A DNA stretch of 37,451 nucleotides, taken from contig CAZFHC010000005.1 in NCBI GenBank assembly GCA_964518625.1, forward strand, positions 1 to 37,451, written 5' to 3'. This DNA comes from Candidatus Woesearchaeota archaeon. GTDB lineage: Archaea; Nanobdellota; Nanobdellia; Pacearchaeales; GW2011-AR1. The position numbers were made by a program, and so were the translations under genes. The stretch's first letter is position 1. Every line of letters begins with the position of its first letter. Below the pieces are notes generated by a model that saw only the letters and a program-made list of their open reading frames with translations, was not told the DNA's origin and ran no database searches. Shown piece by piece: positions 28,574 through 37,451 of the stretch.

Positions 28574-30469
28574 ATGGCAAATGCTTTCAAAATTTATTCT
28601 TTAATATTATTGCTAGGAATATTATTAATACCAGCAATTATAGCTAGTGATAGTAATCCAACATATTGTTGTGAAAAATTAAAAGGGACAGGAGATAATG
28701 TTGGGAGTTGTATTAGTGCTCCAATAAGTCAATGTAATGATTCATTAAGAAAAGTTCAATCTTCTTGTGAAAACACAAACTATTGTCAGGTTGGTACCTG
28801 TTTTGATAGTTCTTCTGGATTATGTGGAGCAAACACAGCTAAATCAACATGTTTGGCAAGTGGAGGAGAATTTATAGCACAAAAAATAGAGCAAGCACCT
28901 CAATGTCAGTTAGGATGTTGTGTCTTATTAGAAAATGCTAAAATTACAACATTAACACAATGTAAATCACTTGGAACTTTTTCTGGAATAAATGCCCAAT
29001 ATGATCCGTCAATAACTTCATCATCAGAATGTATTGCAAAAAGTCAAACAAAAGATATGGGAGCATGTGTAACTCAAACAGATACAGGAAGGCAATGTAT
29101 TTTAACATCAAGAGGAGAATGTGGAGGTAGCGAAGGTTCTATAGTTAGTGGTCTGTATCAAGAGGGAGACATAAAAACATTTTATTCTGGATATTTATGT
29201 TCAGCAGGTGCATTAGCAACAACTTGTGCAAAACAAGCAAAAACAGAATGTGCAGGACAAGATGATGAAGATGTTTATTGGTTTGATAGTTGTGGCAATA
29301 AAGAAAATATTTATACAGGTTTAGATAATAGCGAAACAATAGATAAAATAAGTGATAATAATGGATTAATAGCAAATATAGATGATTTAAAGAAGAAAAC
29401 ATCAGATGTAAAAGGTAATTGTGATTACCTTGGTTCAGATGGTAGTTTCGGAACAGTTTGTGCACAGAAAACAAAAGAGGATGGCACAGATGATGAAGAA
29501 TCGACAAAAGTAACTAATTTTTGTAGAAATACTAGCTGTACATATGATGGAGAACCTAAAAGAAATACAGAATCTTGGTGTGAAACAGATCCTAATAATA
29601 AAAACCCAATTCTAAAAATAAATTCTGAGAATAAGTTTGTTAATGACTCATCTTCTAAAGATCCAAATACAAGCGCAGAGTCGTTTGGATTAGAACCAGT
29701 AGGAGCAGAATATATAAGAAAACAATGTCTAGATGGAGAGATAATAACAGATTCTTGTATGTCATATAGAAAAGAGGTTTGTATTGAGGGTACAAAACTT
29801 GTTAGCGATGATGAATATCAACCAATCGCAGGATGTGTTGCTAATAGATGGGAGAGCTGTTTAATACAAACAAACAAAGATGATTGTAATGACTATGTTA
29901 ATAGAGATTGTGTTTGGTTAAGTTCAGAGAGTGATGAAATAGAAATACTTGCAGATACAAATTCAAGATTGTTAATAACGGAAGAAGGAATTGAAATATC
30001 AAAACAAACAGAAAAAGAAAGAGACGGTAAACAAAAAGGAGTTTGCGTCCCAAGGAGTTCCCCGGGTTTTGATGGAACATCTTCAGATGAGCTTTGTCAC
30101 ATGGCATCAGTTAGTTGTGAAGTTACTTACGAAAGAGGATTTTATGCCGGAGCAAAAAATTGGTATTGCGATAAGGTAGGTTTCTTTTGTGGGGATGAAG
30201 CTCATTATAATAAAGATGGTGAAGTGGATGAAACACTTACAGGGGATGAAGGCTTTAAAATAATTAAAAATAAAGAATGTACAGAACAAAAATGGGCAGT
30301 GGCTGCAAATAAAATTTGTGTAAGACAAGGAGATTGTGGTTCCTATAACAATATAGAAGGGGAACATTATAAAGAAAATGGATATTCAATAAAGGCAAGT
30401 ATTGAACCAGGATTTGAAATTGTAGGTTTACAAAAGGAATTGAATAAATGGATAGACGAAAAAGAATAA
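28574..30469 (+). CDS. Cys-rich secreted protein
   Basis: Sec-type signal peptide and dense Cys spacing (YCCEK, QLGCC, DVYWFDSCGN, QGDCG). Confidence 0.75.
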   Translation: MANAFKIYSLILLLGILLIPAIIASDSNPTYCCEKLKGTGDNVGSCISAPISQCNDSLRKVQSSCENTNYCQVGTCFDSSSGLCGANTAKSTCLASGGEFIAQKIEQAPQCQLGCCVLLENAKITTLTQCKSLGTFSGINAQYDPSITSSSECIAKSQTKDMGACVTQTDTGRQCILTSRGECGGSEGSIVSGLYQEGDIKTFYSGYLCSAGALATTCAKQAKTECAGQDDEDVYWFDSCGNKENIYTGLDNSETIDKISDNNGLIANIDDLKKKTSDVKGNCDYLGSDGSFGTVCAQKTKEDGTDDEESTKVTNFCRNTSCTYDGEPKRNTESWCETDPNNKNPILKINSENKFVNDSSSKDPNTSAESFGLEPVGAEYIRKQCLDGEIITDSCMSYRKEVCIEGTKLVSDDEYQPIAGCVANRWESCLIQTNKDDCNDYVNRDCVWLSSESDEIEILADTNSRLLITEEGIEISKQTEKERDGKQKGVCVPRSSPGFDGTSSDELCHMASVSCEVTYERGFYAGAKNWYCDKVGFFCGDEAHYNKDGEVDETLTGDEGFKIIKNKECTEQKWAVAANKICVRQGDCGSYNNIEGEHYKENGYSIKASIEPGFEIVGLQKELNKWIDEKE

Positions 30470-32241
30470 TGAATAATAAAAAAGCTAAAATTGGAATATT
30501 TCAAATATTATTATTATTGATAGGATTTCTATCATTAATTTATATAAGTTCTGCAGAGAGTCTAGATTATAGTACATCAATAAATCCTCACAGTAATAAA
30601 GTTCGTGCAGGGTGGTCTTTAATGGGTGGAGGTGGGGTATCCTCGGCAGCCACTGTAGTTTTACTTTTTATCGCACCATGGTTTTCCCTTATTGGTTTAA
30701 CATTCTTAGGAATATCTCTTAGCATTGGTCTTTCTGAGACAACTTCTCAAACAATAACTTATGATTGCCAACCATGGATTCCACCAGTAGGTGAAAATTG
30801 TGAATCATGTAATGATGGGGATATCCCCTGTAGTGAATATAGATGTAAATCATTAGGAACATCATGTGAATATGTAAACCATGAAGAAGGAAGTATTTGC
30901 TTAAAAAAAATGTCAGAAATAAATCCACCAACAATAAGAGCAAATGATACATATCTAACTGAAGGATATAAATATATTTTATTAGTAGATGATCCTACTC
31001 TAGGTGGAGAAGGCTATAAAATAACTCAAATAGATGGAACTGATTATATAAAATCAGCAGAAGGAATAACTTTTGGATTTTCAACAGACGAACAAGCCTA
31101 TTGTAAAATATCAATGTTTAGAATTAACGGGTTTGAAAAAGCAGAATGGGTAGATTCCAGTTCAAGACCGAGAAAAGAGTTCAAGCAATTTCTAAAATTA
31201 CCAACTCAAGAAACTATTAATGAGAATGGATTATATCTAAAAAATGACAATGAAATGACCTATTATGTCTGGTGTAGAGATAATAATGGTAATACAAATC
31301 CTGCACCATATATCATAAGATTTAATGTAGACCCATTACCAGATAAGACAGTCCCACAAGTTTTAGGCTCAACATTTAATGCAAACGAAAGATGTGTAGG
31401 AAACTCAGATATGAATATAACATTTAGAATAAAAGACTCAAGTCCAATTGCAGAATGTAGATGGAGTAGGGAAGACCTTGGGTTTAAAGATATGCTAGAG
31501 GAAAATTCATTAGAATGTAGAACATCTTCAGGAATGTATGAAACAGAATTATGTGATGCAGAAATAAACGGTGTAGCACAAACATTAACTTCCTATTATA
31601 TTGCATGTAATGATAGTCAAGGTAATTATAACTTAAAATCAGCATATGAGTTAAAACTAAGAACAGCACCAGAATTAAGAATATCATCAATAGCACCAGA
31701 ATCAGGATCGACAATCTATGGAACAATTGAAAAATTACCTGTTACATTATTAATTCAAACACTATCAGGATGTAATGATGGGAAAGCAACTTGTGAATAT
31801 ATTGAAGGACCAAATCCAAGCTTGGCAAATAGGATAAAAATTCTCGATACAAATAATGATGATGGGGTAACTAACAAAACATTATACCTAGGACAGGGTG
31901 ATCATGAATACTTAATAAGATGTACAGATGAAGGTGGAAATACAGCAAATCAAACAATAAAATTTAGAGTAGAAATAGATACACAATCTCCAATAATTGC
32001 AAGGTTATATGAAGATTCTGGAAACCTAAAGATAATAACAGGATATGATGCTGTTTGTGTTTATAGTTATGATTCATGCGATGTTGACTTTGAAGATGGA
32101 ACAGTTATGCAATCAATTGGATTACAAGAACATTTTGTGAAGTGGGATAAAGAAAAAACATACTATGTTAAATGTAAAGATAAATATAGAGCAGAACCAA
32201 CAGATTGTTCAACAATTGTAAGACCAGCATCTAATATTTAA
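30469..32241 (+). CDS. Cys-rich surface protein with Ig-like repeats, copy 1
   Basis: Signal peptide, a second hydrophobic Gly-rich segment, CQPW...CSEYRCKSLG, then repeated Y-x-x-x-C-x-D-x-x-GN beta domains; ATG at 30469 overlaps the previous stop. Confidence 0.75.
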   Translation: MNNKKAKIGIFQILLLLIGFLSLIYISSAESLDYSTSINPHSNKVRAGWSLMGGGGVSSAATVVLLFIAPWFSLIGLTFLGISLSIGLSETTSQTITYDCQPWIPPVGENCESCNDGDIPCSEYRCKSLGTSCEYVNHEEGSICLKKMSEINPPTIRANDTYLTEGYKYILLVDDPTLGGEGYKITQIDGTDYIKSAEGITFGFSTDEQAYCKISMFRINGFEKAEWVDSSSRPRKEFKQFLKLPTQETINENGLYLKNDNEMTYYVWCRDNNGNTNPAPYIIRFNVDPLPDKTVPQVLGSTFNANERCVGNSDMNITFRIKDSSPIAECRWSREDLGFKDMLEENSLECRTSSGMYETELCDAEINGVAQTLTSYYIACNDSQGNYNLKSAYELKLRTAPELRISSIAPESGSTIYGTIEKLPVTLLIQTLSGCNDGKATCEYIEGPNPSLANRIKILDTNNDDGVTNKTLYLGQGDHEYLIRCTDEGGNTANQTIKFRVEIDTQSPIIARLYEDSGNLKIITGYDAVCVYSYDSCDVDFEDGTVMQSIGLQEHFVKWDKEKTYYVKCKDKYRAEPTDCSTIVRPASNI

Positions 32242-34054
32242 AATGAAAATAAAAAAGGTAGTCTATTTAGAAATAATATTTTTGTTCTTAGGATTTTTTT
32301 CTTTTGTAAATTTATGTGAAAGAGTATCTGCAGAAGAAATAGAATATGAAACATCTATTGGGTTTGATAGTAATGAAGTAAAAGCAGGTGGACACTCAAT
32401 TGTTGCTGCTATACCTCTTCTTTGGCAAACATTAACAACAGTCGGGATTTTAAGTCCTGTAATGTTTTTTGGACCATGGGTAACGTTAGCTATATTTGTA
32501 GGAAGCGCTGCATTTTTAGCATCTGCTTTTTCTGAGACAACTTCTCAAACAATAACTTATGATTGCCAACCATGGATTCCACCAGTAGGTGAAAATTGTG
32601 AATCATGTAATGATGGGGATATCCCCTGTAGTGAATATAGATGTAAATCATTAGGAACATCATGTGAATATGTAAACCATGAAGAAGGAAGTATTTGCTT
32701 AAAAAAAATGTCAGAAATAAATCCACCAACAATAAGAGCAAATGATACATATCTAACTGAAGGATATAAATATATTTTATTAGTAGATGATCCTACTCTA
32801 GGTGGAGAAGGCTATAAAATAACTCAAATAGATGGAACTGATTATATAAAATCAGCAGAAGGAATAACTTTTGGATTTTCAACAGACGAACAAGCCTATT
32901 GTAAAATATCAATGTTTAGAATTAACGGGTTTGAAAAAGCAGAATGGGTAGATTCCAGTTCAAGACCGAGAAAAGAGTTCAAGCAATTTCTAAAATTACC
33001 AACTCAAGAAACTATTAATGAGAATGGATTATATCTAAAAAATGACAATGAAATGACCTATTATGTCTGGTGTAGAGATAATAATGGTAATACAAATCCT
33101 GCACCATATATCATAAGATTTAATGTAGACCCATTACCAGATAAGACAGTCCCACAAGTTTTAGGCTCAACATTTAATGCAAACGAAAGATGTGTAGGAA
33201 ACTCAGATATGAATATAACATTTAGAATAAAAGACTCAAGTCCAATTGCAGAATGTAGATGGAGTAGGGAAGACCTTGGGTTTAAAGATATGCTAGAGGA
33301 AAATTCATTAGAATGTAGAACATCTTCAGGAATGTATGAAACAGAATTATGTGATGCAGAAATAAACGGTGTAGCACAAACATTAACTTCCTATTATATT
33401 GCATGTAATGATAGTCAAGGTAATTATAACTTAAAATCAGCATATGAGTTAAAACTAAGAACAGCACCAGAATTAAGAATATCATCAATAGCACCAGAAT
33501 CAGGATCGACAATCTATGGAACAATTGAAAAATTACCTGTTACATTATTAATTCAAACACTATCAGGATGTAATGATGGGAAAGCAACTTGTGAATATAT
33601 TGAAGGACCAAATCCAAGCTTGGCAAATAGGATAAAAATTCTCGATACAAATAATGATGATGGGGTAACTAACAAAACATTATACCTAGGACAGGGTGAT
33701 CATGAATACTTAATAAGATGTACAGATGAAGGTGGAAATACAGCAAATCAAACAATAAAATTTAGAGTAGAAATAGATACACAATCTCCAATAATTGCAA
33801 GGTTATATGAAGATTCTGGAAACCTAAAGATAATAACAGGATATGATGCTGTTTGTGTTTATAGTTATGATTCATGCGATGTTGACTTTGAAGATGGAAC
33901 AGTTATGCAATCAATTGGATTACAAGAACATTTTGTGAAGTGGGATAAAGAAAAAACATACTATGTTAAATGTAAAGATAAATATAGAGCAGAACCAACA
34001 GATTGTTCAACAATTGTAAGACCAGCATCTAATATTTAAAATGAAAATAAAAAA
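30731..34054 (+). repeat. Direct duplication: 30731..32256 repeated at 32529..34054 (1526 bp, 1798-bp period)
   Basis: The two proteins are identical from SETTSQ to the stop; the DNA matches at both ends and wherever I compared it. Confidence 0.93.
32243..34039 (+). CDS. Cys-rich surface protein with Ig-like repeats, copy 2 (different N-terminal ~95 aa)
   Basis: Same as copy 1 after SETTSQ, with a divergent signal peptide and hydrophobic segment. Confidence 0.75.
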   Translation: MKIKKVVYLEIIFLFLGFFSFVNLCERVSAEEIEYETSIGFDSNEVKAGGHSIVAAIPLLWQTLTTVGILSPVMFFGPWVTLAIFVGSAAFLASAFSETTSQTITYDCQPWIPPVGENCESCNDGDIPCSEYRCKSLGTSCEYVNHEEGSICLKKMSEINPPTIRANDTYLTEGYKYILLVDDPTLGGEGYKITQIDGTDYIKSAEGITFGFSTDEQAYCKISMFRINGFEKAEWVDSSSRPRKEFKQFLKLPTQETINENGLYLKNDNEMTYYVWCRDNNGNTNPAPYIIRFNVDPLPDKTVPQVLGSTFNANERCVGNSDMNITFRIKDSSPIAECRWSREDLGFKDMLEENSLECRTSSGMYETELCDAEINGVAQTLTSYYIACNDSQGNYNLKSAYELKLRTAPELRISSIAPESGSTIYGTIEKLPVTLLIQTLSGCNDGKATCEYIEGPNPSLANRIKILDTNNDDGVTNKTLYLGQGDHEYLIRCTDEGGNTANQTIKFRVEIDTQSPIIARLYEDSGNLKIITGYDAVCVYSYDSCDVDFEDGTVMQSIGLQEHFVKWDKEKTYYVKCKDKYRAEPTDCSTIVRPASNI

Positions 34055-34532
34055 AGCTCAGCAATCAGTTGGCATGTCATTTGGTATGATATTCTCAATA
34101 ATATTAATAATAGCATTCGTTGCTTTTGCATTTAAAGCAATAACATTTTTCTTAGATTTTGGATCCTCATCTCAATTAATTCAGTTTTATGAAGATTTCC
34201 AAGATAAAATAGATGATGCATGGACAACGGCATCATTAGAAGAAATATATGAATTTGATTTACCATCACAAATAACGCATGTGTGCTTTGCAAACTTTTC
34301 AGCACCGCTTACAGGGACACAAGAATTAAGCTCCCAAATAAAAAGTTATGACTATGATTCAAACATATTTCTAATTCCACAGAAGAAAGCATCAACACCA
34401 ATGAGAGAAATAGAACATTTAGATATAGAAAGTATTACAAGAATTCAAAATCCATTCTGCGTAGAGAACCCAGGAGCAATAACAATTGTAAAAGAACTAG
34501 GATCACAAAAAGTATTAATTGAAGAACTCTAA
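34041..34532 (+). CDS. Pilin-like protein with class III signal peptide
   Basis: MKIKKA|QQSVGMSFGMIFSIILIIAF. Confidence 0.75.
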   Translation: MKIKKAQQSVGMSFGMIFSIILIIAFVAFAFKAITFFLDFGSSSQLIQFYEDFQDKIDDAWTTASLEEIYEFDLPSQITHVCFANFSAPLTGTQELSSQIKSYDYDSNIFLIPQKKASTPMREIEHLDIESITRIQNPFCVENPGAITIVKELGSQKVLIEEL

Positions 34533-34575
34533 AATAAAACAAAAATCTTATAACTTGGAAAACCATAAAATCTAT

Positions 34576-35535
34576 ATGAATAACAGAAGAGGTGATTTTA
34601 ATTTTGTTACAATATTTGCAATATTCGCAGGAATCGCAATATTGATTCTTTCAATTTATGGTGTAACAAAAGGTGGCGATACACAAAAGTATCAATCAGA
34701 TTCCACAATTGCAAAACAAATATCAATTTTCACAGATCCAATGCAGGCAGGCTTTGCAACATCATCTTCAGGAAAAATAGATTTTCATCAAACAATAAAA
34801 TTTAGAAACAGATGTGAAAGTTTCTCAGATTTCGGAACAAATAGAATTTCTGTAGCAACTCAAGATACATCAGGAAAAACCTATGGAGATTTTGGTGCAG
34901 AAATAACCGTTCAAGATAAATATCTTATATCAAATGAAGAATTAGAAACACAATCGTTATACACACTTTCAAAAACATTTTCATTTCCATATGATGTAGC
35001 TGATTTTATAGTATTAATTCCAGATTCAGAACAATATTGCTTTGAAAATGCTCCAGAGTTTATAATAACAAGTTTAGGTGCATTAAAGATACCAATGATT
35101 CATACAGAAAATTGTTCAGATAAGGAAATGATTCAAATATGTACAAGCAATAACGATTGTGATATATCAATAGAAGGAATGTGTTCAGACTACGAATGTA
35201 AAAGTAAATATGATTATGGTATAATAGAAAAAGATAACAGAATAATTCCATTTGTAGGAGAATTGGTTTATCCAGCAATATTTGTAGAAAGAGATGTATA
35301 TTTTTGCAATGTAGATAGAATGTTGTATAGAGCTTCTCTACTATCTCAGTTATATACACAAAAGACAGATTTGTTATCATCAAGATTATGTGCAACTTCT
35401 ACAAAAGCTCAATTAATAGATTGGACAAATTCTTTAGAATCAATAGAAAATGCAGATCAAATACTCGGAATATATGATAAATCTTTCGAATTGAAAAAAA
35501 TAAATGAAAGATCAGGATGTAAAACATGGGATTAA
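34576..35535 (+). CDS. Pilin-like Cys-containing protein with class III signal peptide
   Basis: MNNRRG|DFNFVTIFAIFAGIAILIL; ATG at 34576 preferred. Confidence 0.7.
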   Translation: MNNRRGDFNFVTIFAIFAGIAILILSIYGVTKGGDTQKYQSDSTIAKQISIFTDPMQAGFATSSSGKIDFHQTIKFRNRCESFSDFGTNRISVATQDTSGKTYGDFGAEITVQDKYLISNEELETQSLYTLSKTFSFPYDVADFIVLIPDSEQYCFENAPEFIITSLGALKIPMIHTENCSDKEMIQICTSNNDCDISIEGMCSDYECKSKYDYGIIEKDNRIIPFVGELVYPAIFVERDVYFCNVDRMLYRASLLSQLYTQKTDLLSSRLCATSTKAQLIDWTNSLESIENADQILGIYDKSFELKKINERSGCKTWD

Positions 35536-36020
35536 AAGCTCAATTTAAAATAATGCAAATGATATTCATGGTACTAGGAATTTTTCTATTTTTTATATTA
35601 GTAGGAATTTTCTTAATTAATTCTCAAATGGATGGTTTAAAGCAATCATCCGAAGACTTAAAGCGGTCTCAAACATTGGCCTCAATAGAAACAATAGTCA
35701 ATTCACCAGAGTTTTCTTGCGGTGGAACCACAACATGGTGTGTAGACAAAGATAAAATGTCAATAATGTCAGGCGATTTAGGAAAAAAATATTACGATTT
35801 TTGGCAAATTTCCTCGATAGAAGTTCAACTAATATATCCGAATGATGAACCAGAGATTATAGAGTGTCCATCAGAGAATTGTAATTACTATAATATCTAT
35901 GAAATTAACCAAACAAACAAAAAAACATATTCATCTTACATAACACTTTGTGAACAACAAGGTAGATCATCAACAAATTGTCAATTAGCTAAATTTATAG
36001 TAGGTGTAAAAAATGCATAA
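35526..36020 (+). CDS. Pilin-like protein with class III signal peptide
   Basis: MGLKA|QFKIMQMIFMVLGIFLFFILV. Confidence 0.72.
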   Translation: MGLKAQFKIMQMIFMVLGIFLFFILVGIFLINSQMDGLKQSSEDLKRSQTLASIETIVNSPEFSCGGTTTWCVDKDKMSIMSGDLGKKYYDFWQISSIEVQLIYPNDEPEIIECPSENCNYYNIYEINQTNKKTYSSYITLCEQQGRSSTNCQLAKFIVGVKNA

Positions 36021-36513
36021 AAAGGCTCAACAAGAGATGGTAGGCTTCGTATTAATAGTAATAGTAGTGGTAATAGCTCTTTTAGTGTTTATGATATTTA
36101 AGATGTCTCAACCAGCAAAAGTCTACAAAAGTGTATCTGCAGACAACATAATCCAATCAATTATGGAGACAACCTCAGAATGTCAGACCTCATTTACAAG
36201 TAAAAAAGATTCAATAGGTGATCTTTTCGAAAAATGCTACGATAATAAAAGATGTTCAAATACCAACAGAATGGCTTGCGAAGTCCTAAATGAAACTTTG
36301 ACAGTAATATTGGAACAAATATTAGAAACAGACAATAGAATATCAGCGTATGAGCTAAATGCCTACTACTATTACAGAGATGAACAGCAAACCCAACTTA
36401 TGTTAATAAATGGGAGTTGTTTAGGTAGTATTTATGGATCTGATCCCTATATAATTTCATTAGGCAGAGATGAAGGCTTATCTATTGACTTAAAATTGTG
36501 TATGACAGACTAA
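36013..36513 (+). CDS. Pilin-like protein with class III signal peptide
   Basis: MHKKA|QQEMVGFVLIVIVVVIALL. Confidence 0.75.
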   Translation: MHKKAQQEMVGFVLIVIVVVIALLVFMIFKMSQPAKVYKSVSADNIIQSIMETTSECQTSFTSKKDSIGDLFEKCYDNKRCSNTNRMACEVLNETLTVILEQILETDNRISAYELNAYYYYRDEQQTQLMLINGSCLGSIYGSDPYIISLGRDEGLSIDLKLCMTD

Positions 36514-36866
36514 ATTTTAATACTAATATTAATTTTATTAACTATCAAGACTGGTTTATAGCTTTCTCTCTTTCCAGTCTTTTCTGCATGAAACTCTATA
36601 AATCCAAATCTCTCTAAAAACTTAACATCAGTATGTACAGATTTAAAATCTCGACCTAAAAGCTTAGCTAATGCATATATTGATTTTGGATGTTTATCTT
36701 TTAACGTAAAAAGAATTCTACCTTTCTCTTTAGATAATAATTTTCTAATTATAGTAATATCTGATGAGTTATAATCTCTAGGACCACCAGTAGCCTTTGC
36801 TATAAATCCTCTTGTATCAGGATTAATATTAGCATATCTAATTCTTGTTTTTTGACGAGCTGCCAT
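36510..36866 (-). CDS. wHTH transcriptional regulator (HVO_A0114-like)
   Basis: RKLLSKEKGRIL...PKSIYALAKLLGRDFKSVHTDVKFLERFGFI; ATG at 36866 preferred. Confidence 0.8.
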   Translation of the reverse strand: MAARQKTRIRYANINPDTRGFIAKATGGPRDYNSSDITIIRKLLSKEKGRILFTLKDKHPKSIYALAKLLGRDFKSVHTDVKFLERFGFIEFHAEKTGKRESYKPVLIVNKINISIKI

Positions 36867-37243
36867 GTATATATGGCATATCAAAACATATATATAAAGT
36901 TAATGCCTCTAACCCAAAATCACAAAAAAATATGGTCTCCAAAACATGTTACAAAAAAGGATAGTAACAAAAGCTTTATAAACAAAAGTTAAAAATACGT
37001 AATTTACCACCGACGATAAAGGTTTTTTTGCAGCAAACCTTATAAACTGTTTTTATCTCGTAATATTGCGTTATTGTTCATCAATAATGCTAACTAGTTA
37101 GTGATTCAACGGGATCCTAAGTGATGACCTTATAGCGCTCCCTAGTTATAAGTTCAGCCAAGCTATTATAGCTTAACCTGAATTATCAGGGCCTTGAATA
37201 AGGCGGCTAAATTAATAGTACTGAAAGGAGGTTATTTAAAAAA

Positions 37244-37451
37244 ATGAAAAAATTATTTCACAAAGCTATAACAGTTTTAGGAACTTGCGCTCTTATAGGT
37301 GCTACAATGGGTAGTGCTGTAGCTGCTAGTTATGCTGATACTTTCGGTAGTGATTCTGCTATTGTAATTGGTTCTGCTGCTGCATCTTCGGATACAGTTG
37401 CTGCCGTAACAATTGCAAATGACTTAGGAATATCTGCATTAGGTGCTACAA
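37244..37451 (+). CDS. S-layer protein, N-terminal part (runs off the window)
   Basis: Not in the ORF track. MKKLFHKAITVLGTCALIGATMGSAVAA...AIVIGSAAASSDTVAAVTIA resembles Methanococcus/Thermococcus-type S-layer N-termini; strong AAAGGAGGT Shine-Dalgarno at 37224..37232; GCT/GGT-biased codons. Confidence 0.8.
   Translation, partial: MKKLFHKAITVLGTCALIGATMGSAVAASYADTFGSDSAIVIGSAAASSDTVAAVTIANDLGISALGAT

Noticed and set aside
30731..34054. Diversity-generating retroelement template/variable repeat pair
   Set aside because: The copies show no adenine-specific mismatches and there is no reverse transcriptase in the window.
1286..35395. Many short antisense or overlapping ORFs in the track (e.g. 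3785..4117, 8679..8897, 13041..13382, 25785..26123, 29145..29507)
   Set aside because: They lie within well-supported genes in another frame or strand and have shadow-ORF composition.

Overview
AT-rich chromosomal segment of an archaeon, most likely a DPANN lineage such as Pacearchaeota/Woesearchaeota (inferred from gene content and from the many short class III signal peptide genes). In order it holds: a pilin-like gene cluster with a prepilin peptidase; HIT, EF-1beta and Zn-ribbon genes; the replication locus (PolD DP2, DP1, cdc6 and an ORB-flanked origin); a PRC-barrel gene and three wHTH genes; a motif-rich region with a dif-like site, an HNH gene and xerA; thermosome, L41e, tRNA-Gln, endA, uS2 and enolase; a second pilin-like/Cys-rich surface protein cluster with a 1526-bp duplication; and the start of an S-layer gene. 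The standout is a single 2217-aa ORF (5504..12157, minus strand) that fuses the archaeal family D polymerase large subunit (DP2) in frame to an apparently intact bacterial family C polymerase (DnaE: PHP, palm, fingers, HhH, OB). Both polymerase active sites are present and the PHP metal ligands look complete, while the adjacent DP1 proofreading subunit has lost several catalytic residues. All calls come from reading the sequence; no database searches were run.
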